DNA of 64,000 nucleotides from Mytilus edulis (taxonomy: Eukaryota), in contig NC_092354.1 of the NCBI RefSeq assembly GCF_963676685.1, positions 50,654,001-50,718,000 of the forward strand, read 5' to 3'. A program made the position numbers and the translations under genes. How positions within the stretch are numbered: position 1 is the stretch's first letter; each line of letters begins with the position of its first letter. Positions 13,629-25,690 of this stretch are shown here, in pieces. The notes under the pieces were generated by a model. It did no database searches, had not been told where the DNA came from, and worked only from the letters and a program-made list of their open reading frames with translations.

Positions 13629-14789
13629 CTATGGTCTTGCATATCTTCCAATGAATAGCGGTGTACCTGTTTCGTCATCCTGAATCAAAAACAGGAAAGG
13701 ATGATCAGCAACAAATTGGAATGGCTGAGGCTTAGGGTCTTGTACTGAAGAAAAGCCAACAGTTATTGTGGTAACAGCTGCCGCCTCGGTTCCCTCTTCG
13801 TTCACTTCGATATAAGCTTTGTGACGAGCATCAGTCACGCTGATGCGTGTTTGATCGGATTCGAATATTTCACTAAAGTCTGCAATTTTGTTGTCAAAGA
13901 TTTCTGTAATTCCTAAAGCTGTACAAACTGGCTTCAAATCGTACTCGCTTGTCATTGTAAATTTGGGAATTCTTATGAGTGTCTTTTGAGTCTTTAGGCC
14001 TTTAACAAGTGAATCGACATTATCTATGGTAAGTTTACTTTCTAGTTCAGAGAGTCCGTCACCAGAATTTGGCAAAACAAATACCATTGAGATCTGGTTT
14101 CCTTGATATGGCAATTGTAAAATCTTGCAGTCAAGCGAAAGGTCTTCGCCAGACTTTGCATCAAACTCACCATACATCATATTAACTAGCTTTTGCTCAT
14201 TCGCTTTCACATAAAAGTTTCTTTGTGAAGTTTCATTCTTGTTGAACTCTTTTTTCCACGTACCTTTAAAGTAAATTGCGTTTACTAATACTAATAAAGT
14301 ATTTGCACCAACTACACCTTTTGGAATCATATTTTTTATTATATTGTTGGTATTTTTGGAAATCCAATCATTTATTGTTAACCGTGACTTTTCGGCTTCT
14401 GTAACAAAATCCAAGAGTTCAACATCACTACCATAATATGCAGACGCTTTTGTACTAAAAGTGTTCAAAAGATTTAGACCCTTCCTGGCGAACAACCTGT
14501 TTGCAATAGATATTGATACTCCTTTTGTTGTTCTCGTTAAAAGTTCATCATTAAGATGTTTGTATCCCTGATCGATATCATCTGGTTCTGCATATTCGAA
14601 AATAACAGATTTCATCTGGTTTTTAGTTGTTTTGCCGGTTCCAAGCATAAGAAGTAACAATGCTGACGTGATACTGTATGGCGAAATGAATTCATTTCCA
14701 GTTCTGTCTAGTTTGCTATATAATGAGTTGGAAAAATTTGCAATTCCTTCTTCGAAGACAACATTCGATCCATTAACCTGAGAAGCCAT
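13629..14789 (-). CDS. Serpin S1, intracellular leukocyte-elastase-inhibitor-like, 386 aa, single exon
   Basis: Serpin motifs SPYSI, INDWI, LVNAIYFKGTW, LQLPY, IPKF, hinge EEGTEAAA, ADHPFLF and LFIGR. No signal peptide. Predicted P1-P1' is Ser-Ser (Phe-Ser if the loop is one residue shorter). Confidence 0.97.
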   Translation of the reverse strand: MASQVNGSNVVFEEGIANFSNSLYSKLDRTGNEFISPYSITSALLLLMLGTGKTTKNQMKSVIFEYAEPDDIDQGYKHLNDELLTRTTKGVSISIANRLFARKGLNLLNTFSTKASAYYGSDVELLDFVTEAEKSRLTINDWISKNTNNIIKNMIPKGVVGANTLLVLVNAIYFKGTWKKEFNKNETSQRNFYVKANEQKLVNMMYGEFDAKSGEDLSLDCKILQLPYQGNQISMVFVLPNSGDGLSELESKLTIDNVDSLVKGLKTQKTLIRIPKFTMTSEYDLKPVCTALGITEIFDNKIADFSEIFESDQTRISVTDARHKAYIEVNEEGTEAAAVTTITVGFSSVQDPKPQPFQFVADHPFLFLIQDDETGTPLFIGRYARP

Positions 14790-14851
14790 TTAAGAGCGTA
14801 TAACATGAAATATATCAAGTATACAAGTTGCAAATTATTTTAAGATGCATC

Positions 14852-14900
14852 TTTATATATACCGGTCTAATTGGCCTTGACACATGTTTGTTTGTAAGAA
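14852..14900 (-). promoter_or_regulatory. Core promoter of S1: TATA box with adjacent TCAAGGCCA and ACAAACA motifs
   Basis: TATATAAA ~63 bp upstream of the ATG. An equivalent TATA is present for S2 (28929-28938), S3 (33784-33793), S4 (39192-39201) and S5 (46977-46986). There is no AG dinucleotide on the sense strand in the ~60 nt before the S1 ATG, which argues against an upstream exon. Confidence 0.7.
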
Positions 14901-15910
14901 TATGCATTTATATATTTATATACATAGCTTGTAAATCATGAATTAATTAACATACTTCGCAAAACAGTACCACAATCATCATTAACATAACTTTTTTTAT
15001 GTGACTCAGTAGCGTAGAATTGCATTATGTCATATTCATCTTGTTGACAGAAGTGTGCATGTGAAGAAAAGTCAGAAGATTTATTTTTTCGAATATACAA
15101 TGCCCTTTTAAAGACGACATGCATTTGGTTTTTGGAAGAACCAATCCAATTAATACGCTTGTATTACTTGTAGCTAGGTTGTCTTGATTTTTTTTAAAGT
15201 AGTGTAAATAAAGGTATCAAATGTATTGGATAAGTTTCGAAGACAGACTAAACATTGTAAGAATTGAACAAAGTAGTCTTCTGTGATTTACTGATTTACT
15301 ATATATTTTGAATACAGAATAAGTCATCGCAAAATAACCAAGAATAATTGAAGAATAGTTACATAAATGTAAGACTTAAGAAATACAATTGCAGTTGATC
15401 ATGTTCCGTTTTGAAGGAAAACAGGTCATGCAGATGCGAAAAGAAAGTATGAAATTTATCAAATGAATAATAACAATTAGGTTCTCTGTGATGTACATTT
15501 ATTATCTTGTATGCAGACAATGCTAAAAGCACAGAATTTCTTCTAAATTGTTTATTGACAAGTAGCTAACAGTTGTCACTGTTTGATGACAATTTGTAAA
15601 AAAATATTTGTGCAGTTTTGATTTTGAATTTTTTTTCAAGGAGTTTTTCTCTGATGTTGTTGTGAACAAAATAAGTGTCTATACACATGCTTATCACTTA
15701 AGAGCTTGCAATCATGTTTAGTATAGATACTAGCTTGTTGTTGATGATCCTATGTTGACAAACAGATGTCTTTCATACTAAAGTCAACACATCAAAGAAG
15801 GTTTTTAGCTAGGGATAAGTTTCAAATAATTTTTAATATTACATTAACTATAATAGATATCTACTAGATATGTTAAAATTGGACATTAAATTATGTATTT
15901 ATCATGAATA

Positions 15911-16082
15911 TAGTTATCAAAGGTACCAGGATTATAATTTAGTACGCCAGACGCGCGTTTCATCTACATAAGACTCATCAGTGACGCTCATATTTATAAA
16001 GCCAAACAAGTACAAAGTTGAAGAGCATTGATGATCCAAAATTCCAAAAAGTTGTGCCAAATACGGCTAAGGTAATCTATGC
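15911..16082 (-). mobile_element. Penelope-like/retrozyme-type fragment carrying a hammerhead motif
   Basis: Absent from the paralogous sites at ~30130 and ~35395. Same family as 29336-29465 and 34194-34323. Confidence 0.75.
15944..15987 (-). ncRNA. Minimal type I hammerhead ribozyme
   Basis: Minus strand reads GCGUCA CUGAUGA GUCU-UAUGU-AGAU GAAA CGCGCG UC UGGCGU: complete core, stems I and II, palindromic stem III, GUC cleavage triplet. Confidence 0.85.
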
Positions 16083-16289
16083 GATGAAAACTCGAGCCAT
16101 TTGAAATATTTTTGAAGATAGACTATTCCACTAGGATCGACGGATTGAAAGCTATCATTTCAAATGCATAAGAGCCGACTTATCCTTATTTTCTATTTTT
16201 GAAACTTTTTACGAGGGGTTAAAACCGAGCCATGAATACAATGTACAATCTATTGTACATTTAGAAATAATTTAAAGGTAGTTTGAGCT

Positions 16290-16440
16290 TGACTTGTATT
16301 CCTACAACGCAAATCCGGCATGAAACCACGATTTCATTATTACACCTTCATCTGGCCTTGACCATGTTGACCCTATGTAGTTTGTGTTTTGATGAAAAAC
16401 TGCTAACAATTAAAATAAGTTAATCTATCATCTATTACAA
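16290..16440. promoter_or_regulatory. Conserved upstream non-coding block (S1 copy)
   Basis: Retained upstream of S1-S4 even though the surrounding S4 flank is strongly diverged. Contains TGGCCTTGA (16353-16361). Confidence 0.55.
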
Positions 16441-17809
16441 AGTATATGAACATGCACAACAATCAGATATATGTAGGCGTATAGAATAATGAATACGAAA
16501 AGAAAATTTTCATTAAACAACACAGGAGTAGTACAATAAACACCTTATATATTTAATAATAGTACGGGAGCACATGTATTTTTTTTTTGGTAAAACACGT
16601 GTGTCTGTTTATTGTTTACATCAACACGTGTTTTTAGAATACCTGTAATGTTTACAATGTATTCCATTGAACAGTATCGTGTCGAATTGCGACCTAAAAA
16701 CAGGTATTCTAGCTATAGGTATCGTATGATTTTTGGCTCGTATTTCTCGTGCTTGTTGTTTGATATTACAATTTTTATACAAAGAACAGCAACTAAAAAT
16801 ATTTGTCAGACATTTACGAATGACAACAAGCGGTTTTTATGCTCACAGGTAGACTTCTGTGATTTACACATGTACTTAATTCAGACTAACACTCGGCCGT
16901 TTAGTAAACTAATACAGGCATGGGATGATCAAGTTTGAAACAGTTTAAAAATCAATTGCTGATTTATACATAGTTGTTGTGTTATACACATGTATTAGAG
17001 ATAGTCACTAATGGAAAAAGGTTAATCTTAGGTTGATGGTTATAGACGGGCACATGTGGCGGATTTTAAAATGTTTGTGAACTCACAGTAAAACCTGACA
17101 GTATTAGTAAGCAATAACAGATCGCAGGAAGACAAAACGTGAAACAGCTTTAAAAAATTATCCGATTTATACAAACACAGTAAGATAACATATTTTGCAG
17201 ACAGTAATTAATGACAAATGTCAGACCCATGATTTGGAATGGGGACATGTGGTTGGGTTTAATATGTTTGTGAATTGAAACTTAAAACAGCACAATACAA
17301 AGATTGTTTTTCACACCCAACAATACATCTTAAAACTGACTTGATTTGTGTTATGTAGGAAATAAAGAACCAAAAGAAAAAGTAAAGCTGGATCTTTCAA
17401 ATGGTGATGATTAAATTATGTAAGGAATTATTGTAATATTGTTACTGTCTAAGAAGAAATAACATTAAAATGGGGTGCACACTGAATAACCCAAGTTACT
17501 GTTGAAAGTAGCTTTAAACATCAATCAACCAATTACAGCTTGAAATTTTCATTGTGCATGTCAAAGTGTGTAGACGTTTTGGTATATGGTATTATATAGC
17601 CACCAACTTAATACATAATATGAAAGGGTATTTGTGAACTAATCTGTTCTTAAACATTTGTTAAATCACTGATAAATAGTAGTTGATCTTAACTCAAACT
17701 AAAGCTGAAAACAAACCTGAAAGAAATATCATCAATGTCAACTGTCCGAAAGAACATTCAATCAAACAAAAAAAAACATAAAAACAAACAAAAAACAAAC
17801 AAACAATAA

Positions 17810-19464
17810 AAAAACAAACAATGGTTAACATCAGACACATGGAATGCAATCGATGAAAGAACAAACCTCAAAGAAAACATTCTCAGCACTAGGTCATCAA
17901 GGTTAAAGGAACAAATACAGAAATAATATGCAGAGAAAGATAAGGAGATAAAGAAAAAAGCTAGAAAAGATAAAGGAACCATCTGTAAGAAAGCGCTGAA
18001 GAAGCAGAAAGGTTACAGCAAGAGGTGTTTTGAGTACAGTATACAATATAGCAAAAAACTACATGTATGTTGACAATTCAAATAACCACCTACAGTAAAC
18101 GACAAAAATGGAAAAACCATTACAACTGAAAGGGAACTGGCTGCATTTTGGGTAAAACACTTCAAGGCTGTTTTGAGTAGACTAAAACCAATACACGAAT
18201 TTCAAGGAGCACCATCTAAAGAATAAATAATAAAGGCAATTAAATCAATGAAATCTGGAAAGGCAGCAGGCATAGATGGTATTTAAGCTGAACTACTGAA
18301 AGCTGACATCAACACAACAACAGTCATACTACATGATCTCTTAAAAAACATATGAGAAAATAAAATATATAAGACTGGGCAAAAGATCTAAACGTAAAAC
18401 TTACGAGAAAGGTAATCTTGGGAATAGTGACAACTGGAGAGGTATAACATTACCCTCAACCCAAGCAAAGCGTTTGCAGGATACTGTTAAACAGGATAGA
18501 CTCCGAACTGTAAGACAGGTTAAGACAGGAACAAGCTGGGTTTAGAAAAGGGAAAGGATGTATTGACCAGATCTTTACTCGAAGGAACATCATTGAGTAG
18601 TGTATAGAATGTAAGACACCTCTATATATCAACTTTATGAATTTCAAGAAAGCATTCGACAGTTTACATAGAGAGACTCTTTGAACAATCATTGTGTCAT
18701 ATGAGTACCACACAATATTTTAACACTTATAAGATGCTTTTATACCAACTTTGAATGTGCTGTGATACTCAACAACAAGGAAACTGACTGGTTTGAAGTA
18801 AAATTTGGAGTACGACAGGGCTGGTTCATCTCACCCATCTTATTCCTGACTGTCATTGACTGGGTGATGCAGACGACCACCAGTGACAAAAAAGGCATCA
18901 CAAAGTCACAGTTTACAACTATAGGAGACCTTGACTTTGCTAGTGCTGATATAGCACTCCTTTCATCAAAACAAGACAATATGCAGGAAAAGACAAAGCG
19001 GCTCAGTCATTTTGCAAGCCAAAAAAGACTCATGAAATGCGACTTAACTCAATATCAAACTTAACACTAAAAGCTGAGGGAAGAGAAATCCAACATGTAG
19101 AAAAAACTTATCTAGGAACTGTGGTTAGTACAGAAGATCCAACACAAACAGATATTATAAGTAGGCTAGCAAAGGGAAGATCTTCATTTCAAAGACTACG
19201 ACCCATTTCCCAAAGTCCAAACAATACAACAGGAAAATAAAGACAAGGCTATATTAGAGTACTGTTAAATATGTCCTTCTGTATAGAAGTGAATGCTGGA
19301 GAGTAACGAAAACAGATGTGTGACCGCTCTCAGGTTTCCACCACAGTTGTCTTAGGCGAATCTGCCAAATTTTATGGTCAAACCGTATAAACATCAGATG
19401 AACATCTCCTTGAAATAACTAATTCCTCATGTATTCTGAAAGAAATTCGAGAGAAACGCTTCAG
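17810..19464 (+). pseudogene. Decayed RTE-clade non-LTR retrotransposon reverse transcriptase
   Basis: Translatable fragments KQWLTSDTWNAIDER, EQAGFRKGKGCIDQIFT, FKKAFDSLHR, GVRQG..SPILF and DLDFAS(A)DIALL, with many stops and frameshifts. It continues at 23789 after a nested insertion. Confidence 0.9.
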
Positions 19465-19642
19465 GGCCCGGTTGTTCTAAAGGCTGGATAAAGTTATCCA
19501 CTGGATAAGCTTGTCCATTGGATAAATGTTTATCCAGTGGATTGCTATCCAGAGGTTAAATTGTGTTGTTCAAAAACTGGTTAAGGATTGTCCAGCTATC
19601 CACTGGACAAAATGCTATCCGGAGGACAACTCCCATAACCAG

Positions 19643-22600
19643 CGAACTTTTAATGATATTATTCAAGCTCTGTTTCAGAAAGTACATCAAGATTCGCGAA
19701 AAGTCAGAAAATGGCATTTTCCATACATGTACCTTTTTCTGTATATTTAACTATGAGTGTACCTTCGGCCCACAATGATATATACCAGAAATTAATTGAA
19801 TATATGTTGATGCAATTCAAATATTAAAGTGTGACATAGGTACGCTCATAGTCAAACACTTAAAAAACAGTTACAAAAATTCATCCTCTTGGATCTACAG
19901 TACTTGTAGAGAGGATTTCCGGTATTCACTGGGATCTGACGACAGACTTATCTTCATGCTAGATAATGGCTAGTTTCTTTAGGACTAAAATTAAACATAT
20001 TTGAGACAGGAAAACAGGATATTTTCGTATCTAATATTCATGGATTAAAAGTGACATTTTAGCAGACCATCGAATTTTAACCAAAATCAGAAGGAGCTGT
20101 GACAAACTTGAATGAAGTTTTTTGATAAGTTGTTCATACTAAAAACAGTTCCTTTTTTCTTTACTAAATTTCAATATTAAGAACCCTGTGACACAGATAT
20201 TAATCATGTCAAAGCATGAAAATGTCTTTTGAAGCGTAAAAACCGTAAAACTTTGTTTAGAATGTAATCTCCGAGGAATGGTGGTTTCTTAACAGGAACA
20301 TATTTTGCATAAATATTCTTTACTCAACAGATGGATATTAATGTTAATTTTAGTACATCTGTACCTTCAGAAACATGTATTTTGTCTTATAAATGACGAG
20401 TTCGTCGCCCTGGAATGTACAAACTAGGCGATTCATCCCCGGATTCATCTTCATTGACGCTTTTAAGAAAGGTGCTTTCTTTCACGTCTGCATTTCTATC
20501 AAGTATGGCATGCCAAATTAACATTTATGGCAACGATTATCATTGATGGCGAAAATAATTTACAAAACTGTATATTAATGAGGGCCTAGACAGGGTATTG
20601 GGAGCATGGGAGAAAGGAGAGAAGGGACAAGAGAAAGGAGAAAAGGGGGTAAAGATGGAGACAAAAATGTATATTAAAATTATTAAAATTTAGCAAGAAA
20701 ACAATTATCTAATAAATGAGTTAATCAAAAGATTCAAGAAAGTGCTAATAAAAAGTAAAAAAAAAAAACAAAAAAAAAAACAAACAAAAAAACGACCCCG
20801 AGGAAATATTGAAACGGAAAGTCCTTAATCTTAACTGCAAAATCAAACAAATGAATAACAACTGTTTTATTTCGAATTGGTACAGGCATTTTCTTATGTA
20901 GAAAATGGTGGATTGGACCTAGTTTTATGGCTTCAAACCTTTCACTTGTATGCCAGTCGCTGAAAATTCCCCAAAATGGCATACTAACGAAAAAAATATT
21001 CGAACCTCGTCACTAATTCATTACGATCTCTTATATATGGAGAAAGACTAAAAACTAACAATTTCAAAGATTTTTTGTGAGCCTTTGAGTGTATAGAGAC
21101 AAATGTCACCATTCTTGTTTTTTTTTTAAGATAAATTGCTTCAAAGTTAACCGATATGCATACAATTTGGAAGAAAAAGGATGACATTTCTTAATATAGA
21201 GTAACGTGCTTTTATCTGAGAGGTATTGAAAAAAACAAGTAACGGGATCTTAATGGTGTTTGTTATTTTGTTTTCATTTTCCCTGTCTGGTTTCGTAAAT
21301 TTCCTATTAATTTTACTGATTTAGTTTTATTTCCAACTAACAGGGTGCACATTCTGCTTCAAAAATGTTATTGAGTGAACAGTGATTTTCAAGTAAAATT
21401 TGAATTTATTGACTTGAGGTTGCAAATATCCAGTGGCAAATATTTCAGGCATGTTCAGGACGATACAATACAATTTGAAACTGTTGTGTCTAAAAGACGC
21501 ATTTCTAATGCAGCCATCAAATATTTTTAATGGTCGTCCAAAAGAAACTTGCTATTATCGCGTAGCATGAATATAAGTATGTCGTCGGATCCAGTGAATA
21601 CCGGAAATCATCTCCAGTCCGCAGTTCGTTTAAAAAAATCGATTATTTAATGAAAACTATTTGTCATTTTTTTTTTTTTAACTATGAGCGTACCTACGGC
21701 CCACTAAAATATTTGAACTGCATCAACATTTATGTTCAAGAAATGTCTTGTATAAATATGATCGTGGGCCGTAGGTACGCTCATATTTTAAAATCATACA
21801 GAAAAAAAGTTTTGAAACTGCAATTTTTCTGCCCTTTTCGCGAATCTTGAGGTGTTTATGTAACAAAATATTTGTTCCGGCATGACATTTGTTCCGCCGG
21901 AACAATTTTCATAGGAAATATGTTCCCCCGGAATTAATATCACAAAAAATATGTTCCAGCACTGTAAAATTTGTTCCGGAACTAATTTTATGACCAAATG
22001 TGAAATGAGTTCCGGAACAAAAATCATAGTTCCATGAACTTTGTTTCAATTTATATTTAAGGGTTTTTAAAAAGTTAAATTAGATCCTGTGATATTAAAT
22101 GAACATGTACATAATTCATAGAAATCAATGAATAAGTTCCGCTCTAACCTATCTTCGAAGAAAATAAGTACCTTTACAACATAATTGCACAGCAAAACAT
22201 TTCTTTGTTACACTTAAATTATAATGCAAGCTAAATTGAGTGTGCTTGCATGGGATACATTTGACGCAATTGAAGGCATGACTGTAAATAATAGGATATT
22301 GTATGTGGTATTCCTCCTTGGTTTCTGTTAACTGGCACGACCCTGTGTTCTAGTCTTTTCTGGATCATTTTTATGGTATTCCACTTTGATTTCTGTTAAC
22401 TGGCACGGCCCTGTGTTCTAGTCTTTTTCTGAATGATTTTTCTTATTCTACTCTATTCTGGCTCAAAAGTGTCATTTTGATATTTCTTTTACGGAGTATA
22501 ATTAAACATTTGCTATACACCACAGAATCTGAATTGGATGATTTATATTTTTCACTTATTATATTATTAATATAATACTTATTTTTATAATGCACTTGAA

Positions 22601-22999
22601 TGATAACTTAAAACCCACTGATGACAAATGCTCAGTATATAAGATAACTTGTTTAATCAGTGGAACATATTTCACAGACAAGGAACTTATTTCACCAGGT
22701 GAGGAACAAATCTCACAGACCCAGAACTTATTTCACCAGGTATGGAACAAATCTTATAAACCTGGAACTAATTTCACCAAGTAAGGAACAATGTTCACCA
22801 ACCTGGTACTTATATCACCAGGTAAAGTGTGGAACTTATTTCATAGAGATGGAACAAATTATATATAAATCATCTGTAAAAAACGGTTCTCCCAGAACAT
22901 ATTTCCTGTAATATTAGTTCCACTGGAACTTTTATCACAGGAACAAATTTTGGCTCACATTTACAGCAACAGAGCATGAATAATATCAGCGGAAGTTGG
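19643..22999. mobile_element. Long-TIR (~300 bp, imperfect) non-autonomous DNA element, superfamily unassigned
   Basis: 19643-19960 is the imperfect reverse complement of 21565-21858 plus 22964-22999. No TSD is recognisable. Confidence 0.7.
21859..22959. mobile_element. TGT...ACA-terminated non-autonomous element with 4-bp TSD (Ginger-like)
   Basis: Starts tgtaacaaaatatttgttcc and ends ggaacaaattttggctcaca. TTTA is duplicated at 21855-21858 and 22960-22963. Many gttcc motifs on the left and ggaac on the right, with internal ~20-40-bp and 68-bp repeats. Confidence 0.65.
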
Positions 23000-23788
23000 A
23001 AAATCTATTGGTGTTTACAAAAATATAGGATTTAATTTTTTTTTTAAATATAGTATTACAATTAATGGCAAGTCACTTTTAATTTGAACGAAATAAGGGG
23101 GTCGTTCTCTGATGCTTATCGTACCTTGTCCTTTAATTTAAGAGAACTGACCAGTAATTCTGATTATTCTATTGTGCTTTCCAAATCGCAGTTGGAAAAT
23201 TTATGCGATATGAAAAACAACTTGTATCGTATTGTTCATCAACAGGTGCGTTGGCAGATCATCTCTTACGTCAGAACTTTTGTGACGTCATGTAATAATT
23301 TAAAGTAAAAGGCGTTCTTAAAATTTGTCCGTTTTTTTTTCACTTCAATATTACACAATAACAAGAAATGCAACTGTAAAAAAACATCTAAGAGTAATTT
23401 TAATCTGTGTGGAAACTGGAATGGCATAATTTCTCTGGGTAGGTCTTTTCAAATCATCATAAAGCAAAATTGTTTAAACCTCTATGCTACCTTCAGAAAA
23501 TCTTTACCTAGCCTGAAATTCTATATATGGTTCACCGTGAAATTCACTATTTATGCGTGGTTTATATGTCTATTACACATCATACAACACAATGGGCAGC
23601 CATATTTAGCCTCTGGATAAGAACTTATCCGAACCCCCAGACACTGGACAAATTTGGTCCGTGGTTAAGCTATTTTATCCACTGGACAATTTTTGAACAA
23701 CCAGATTTGTCCAGTGGACAAAAGTTATCCAGTGGATACAGACTTTATCCTGTGGACAACTTTATCCAGCCTTTTGAACAACCGGGCC

Positions 23789-23850
23789 CAGATGGTTTGG
23801 CATTTTCTCAGGATGAAAGTATCCAATATCACCAGAATATCTCCTAGATG
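23789..23850 (+). pseudogene. Continuation of the RTE LINE after the nested insertion
   Basis: aga tgg ttt ggc continues the K-R-F|R-W-F-G motif. Confidence 0.65.
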
Positions 23851-25039
23851 AAGGCTCAAAGTAAAAACCAATACACAATTACAAGCACAAAAATACCTTA
23901 CAGATGAATGCGCATGTAAGTAGATTCAAAGTGTTAAATCGGCTGATTAGATACTTAGTCATCTTAAAATGTAAAATGACCGGTTCTACTTCATAATTGA
24001 TTTCGTACAGCAACGCCATAAAAAAAACTGGAACACGTTGCTTGAGCTACATTCTAAAATTGCTAACAAGACAGAAAAAAAAATTTGATGAAAAAAAAAA
24101 TCAAACTGTTTTCATTTTTTTAAACCTTTTGAATGATTACATTAGTCAAACATCAAAGTGAACGAATGAGAGTTTTCTGGAGTTTGAAGCAGACCAATGC
24201 ATTGATATTCATATATTATTAATACAAATGTATACTACATTTCTGCCATATATTTTTCTATCTTTTCATTAATAGTTACACTAAAATGGATTAACGTATA
24301 CAATCTGTTTGGTTTGCTAAGAATACATATAGTTTTAAACGTAAATTGTGACATTGTGTGTTTTTTTATTTGATAAAAAAGGAAAACAACTAAAAAATAA
24401 ATTAAACTAGATTTGGTATTGTAAGCATTACCCAAACTGAACATTGTCAAAGTAGCAGTAACCATTTATTGTGTACCAAAGGAAAATGACACATATATTT
24501 ATCAATGTATGAATCGGCATGTCTTTACCCCCTCTCCCTTTTCCCCCTCTTTTTCTTCCCGTAAAATAAGTTTGAATTCGATACATAGTTTGGGAATTAC
24601 TTTGAATTTAAAATTACCAACTAAACCAACGCGAGAAGAAGAACGTGTTGTCACGTGATGCGCTAGTATATTATCGCGGCACATAGTCTTATAGTCTTTT
24701 TAGAGGGGACTTTGGAACAGACAACACGTGTATGAATTGACTGAGCGGCATACTAACTGTTCCTTATGTTCCTCAATAGCCCGCGTATCACACGATACAT
24801 ATATCTTATCGTGTACAATTTAATTGCACGTTTAACAATTGTTTTCAGCTAATGCGTATATTTTATCAGGTGTTTGATTCCCGGATGTGTATTTTAATGA
24901 AAGTGTAGAAATTCCACTAATATGTACTCATAGTGTTTCTCGCTCTACCAGTGAAGATTCTCTCTTCAAAGCACTTTTTTTCAAAAGAATAGAGGCACGT
25001 TAAATAAGATTTATTTTGTAGTATATTATAGCAGATGTT

Positions 25040-25690
25040 TTGCAATACATGTTTGTACATGTATTTGAACGTATGCACAGAATCTTGATTTCATATTTTT
25101 CCTTAAACTTGCGAGTTGTTTGATATGTTCTTTTGCTGTTTCCATGGCAACGGCGGTCATTTTTAAAATTTCAAATACAGATGACATTTCAAAACCATTT
25201 AACCGAGGTTGAGCAAATATGTTACTTTTACGTTTTTTCCAATTGTGTTAATATAAAACTATCTCAAAAGTTACAGCAGCAATCTAAAAAATTTCAACAG
25301 CAATCTAAAAAAATTCCAACAGCAATCAATTCTACTTTTATACTATTGAAATGGTTGATTTTTTTGAATAAGTTGATAATTTTCCATTGCCATTTTGAAA
25401 GTTCTTAAGATGAATGGCACAGTTTCGAATGATAAGTTTTAATTTCTGAAAGTTTCATTCAACTTGGACATTTTTCGGTTTTTCACGTTTTGCCGTTTCC
25501 ATGTTAGCGGCGGCCATCTTGAAATTCCCAAACCCTAAGTGCACATCTACACATGGGGATTGTCATTATAGGACAGTTTTATCAATAGTTGTGAAATCTT
25601 CTCCGAGAACTAAGCAAGATAAAAAATGTGTTGAAGAAAATTCGAAAGAATAACAATATGTCCCCTTTTTCTAAAGGGACGACATAGTTA
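25040..25690 (+). mobile_element. Degenerate Helentron-like fragment
   Basis: Repeated ttgc.gtttccatg....cggcgg.cat and a terminal hairpin atgtcccc..gggacgacat. Confidence 0.4.

Larger units (their letters stand above)
19465..23788. mobile_element. Non-autonomous PIF/Harbinger-like element inserted in the LINE
   Basis: TIRs ggcccggttgttc.aaaggctggataaagtt.tccac at both ends. 3-bp TSD CAG at 19462-19464 and 23789-23791. Removing the element restores LINE codons R-F-R-W-F-G. Subterminal tatcca(c/g)tgga repeats. Confidence 0.9.

Noticed and set aside
22660-22860. Regularly spaced ggaac..atttcac repeats as a CRISPR-like array
   Set aside because: The context is eukaryotic, there are no unique spacers and no cas genes, and the repeats lie inside a transposon.
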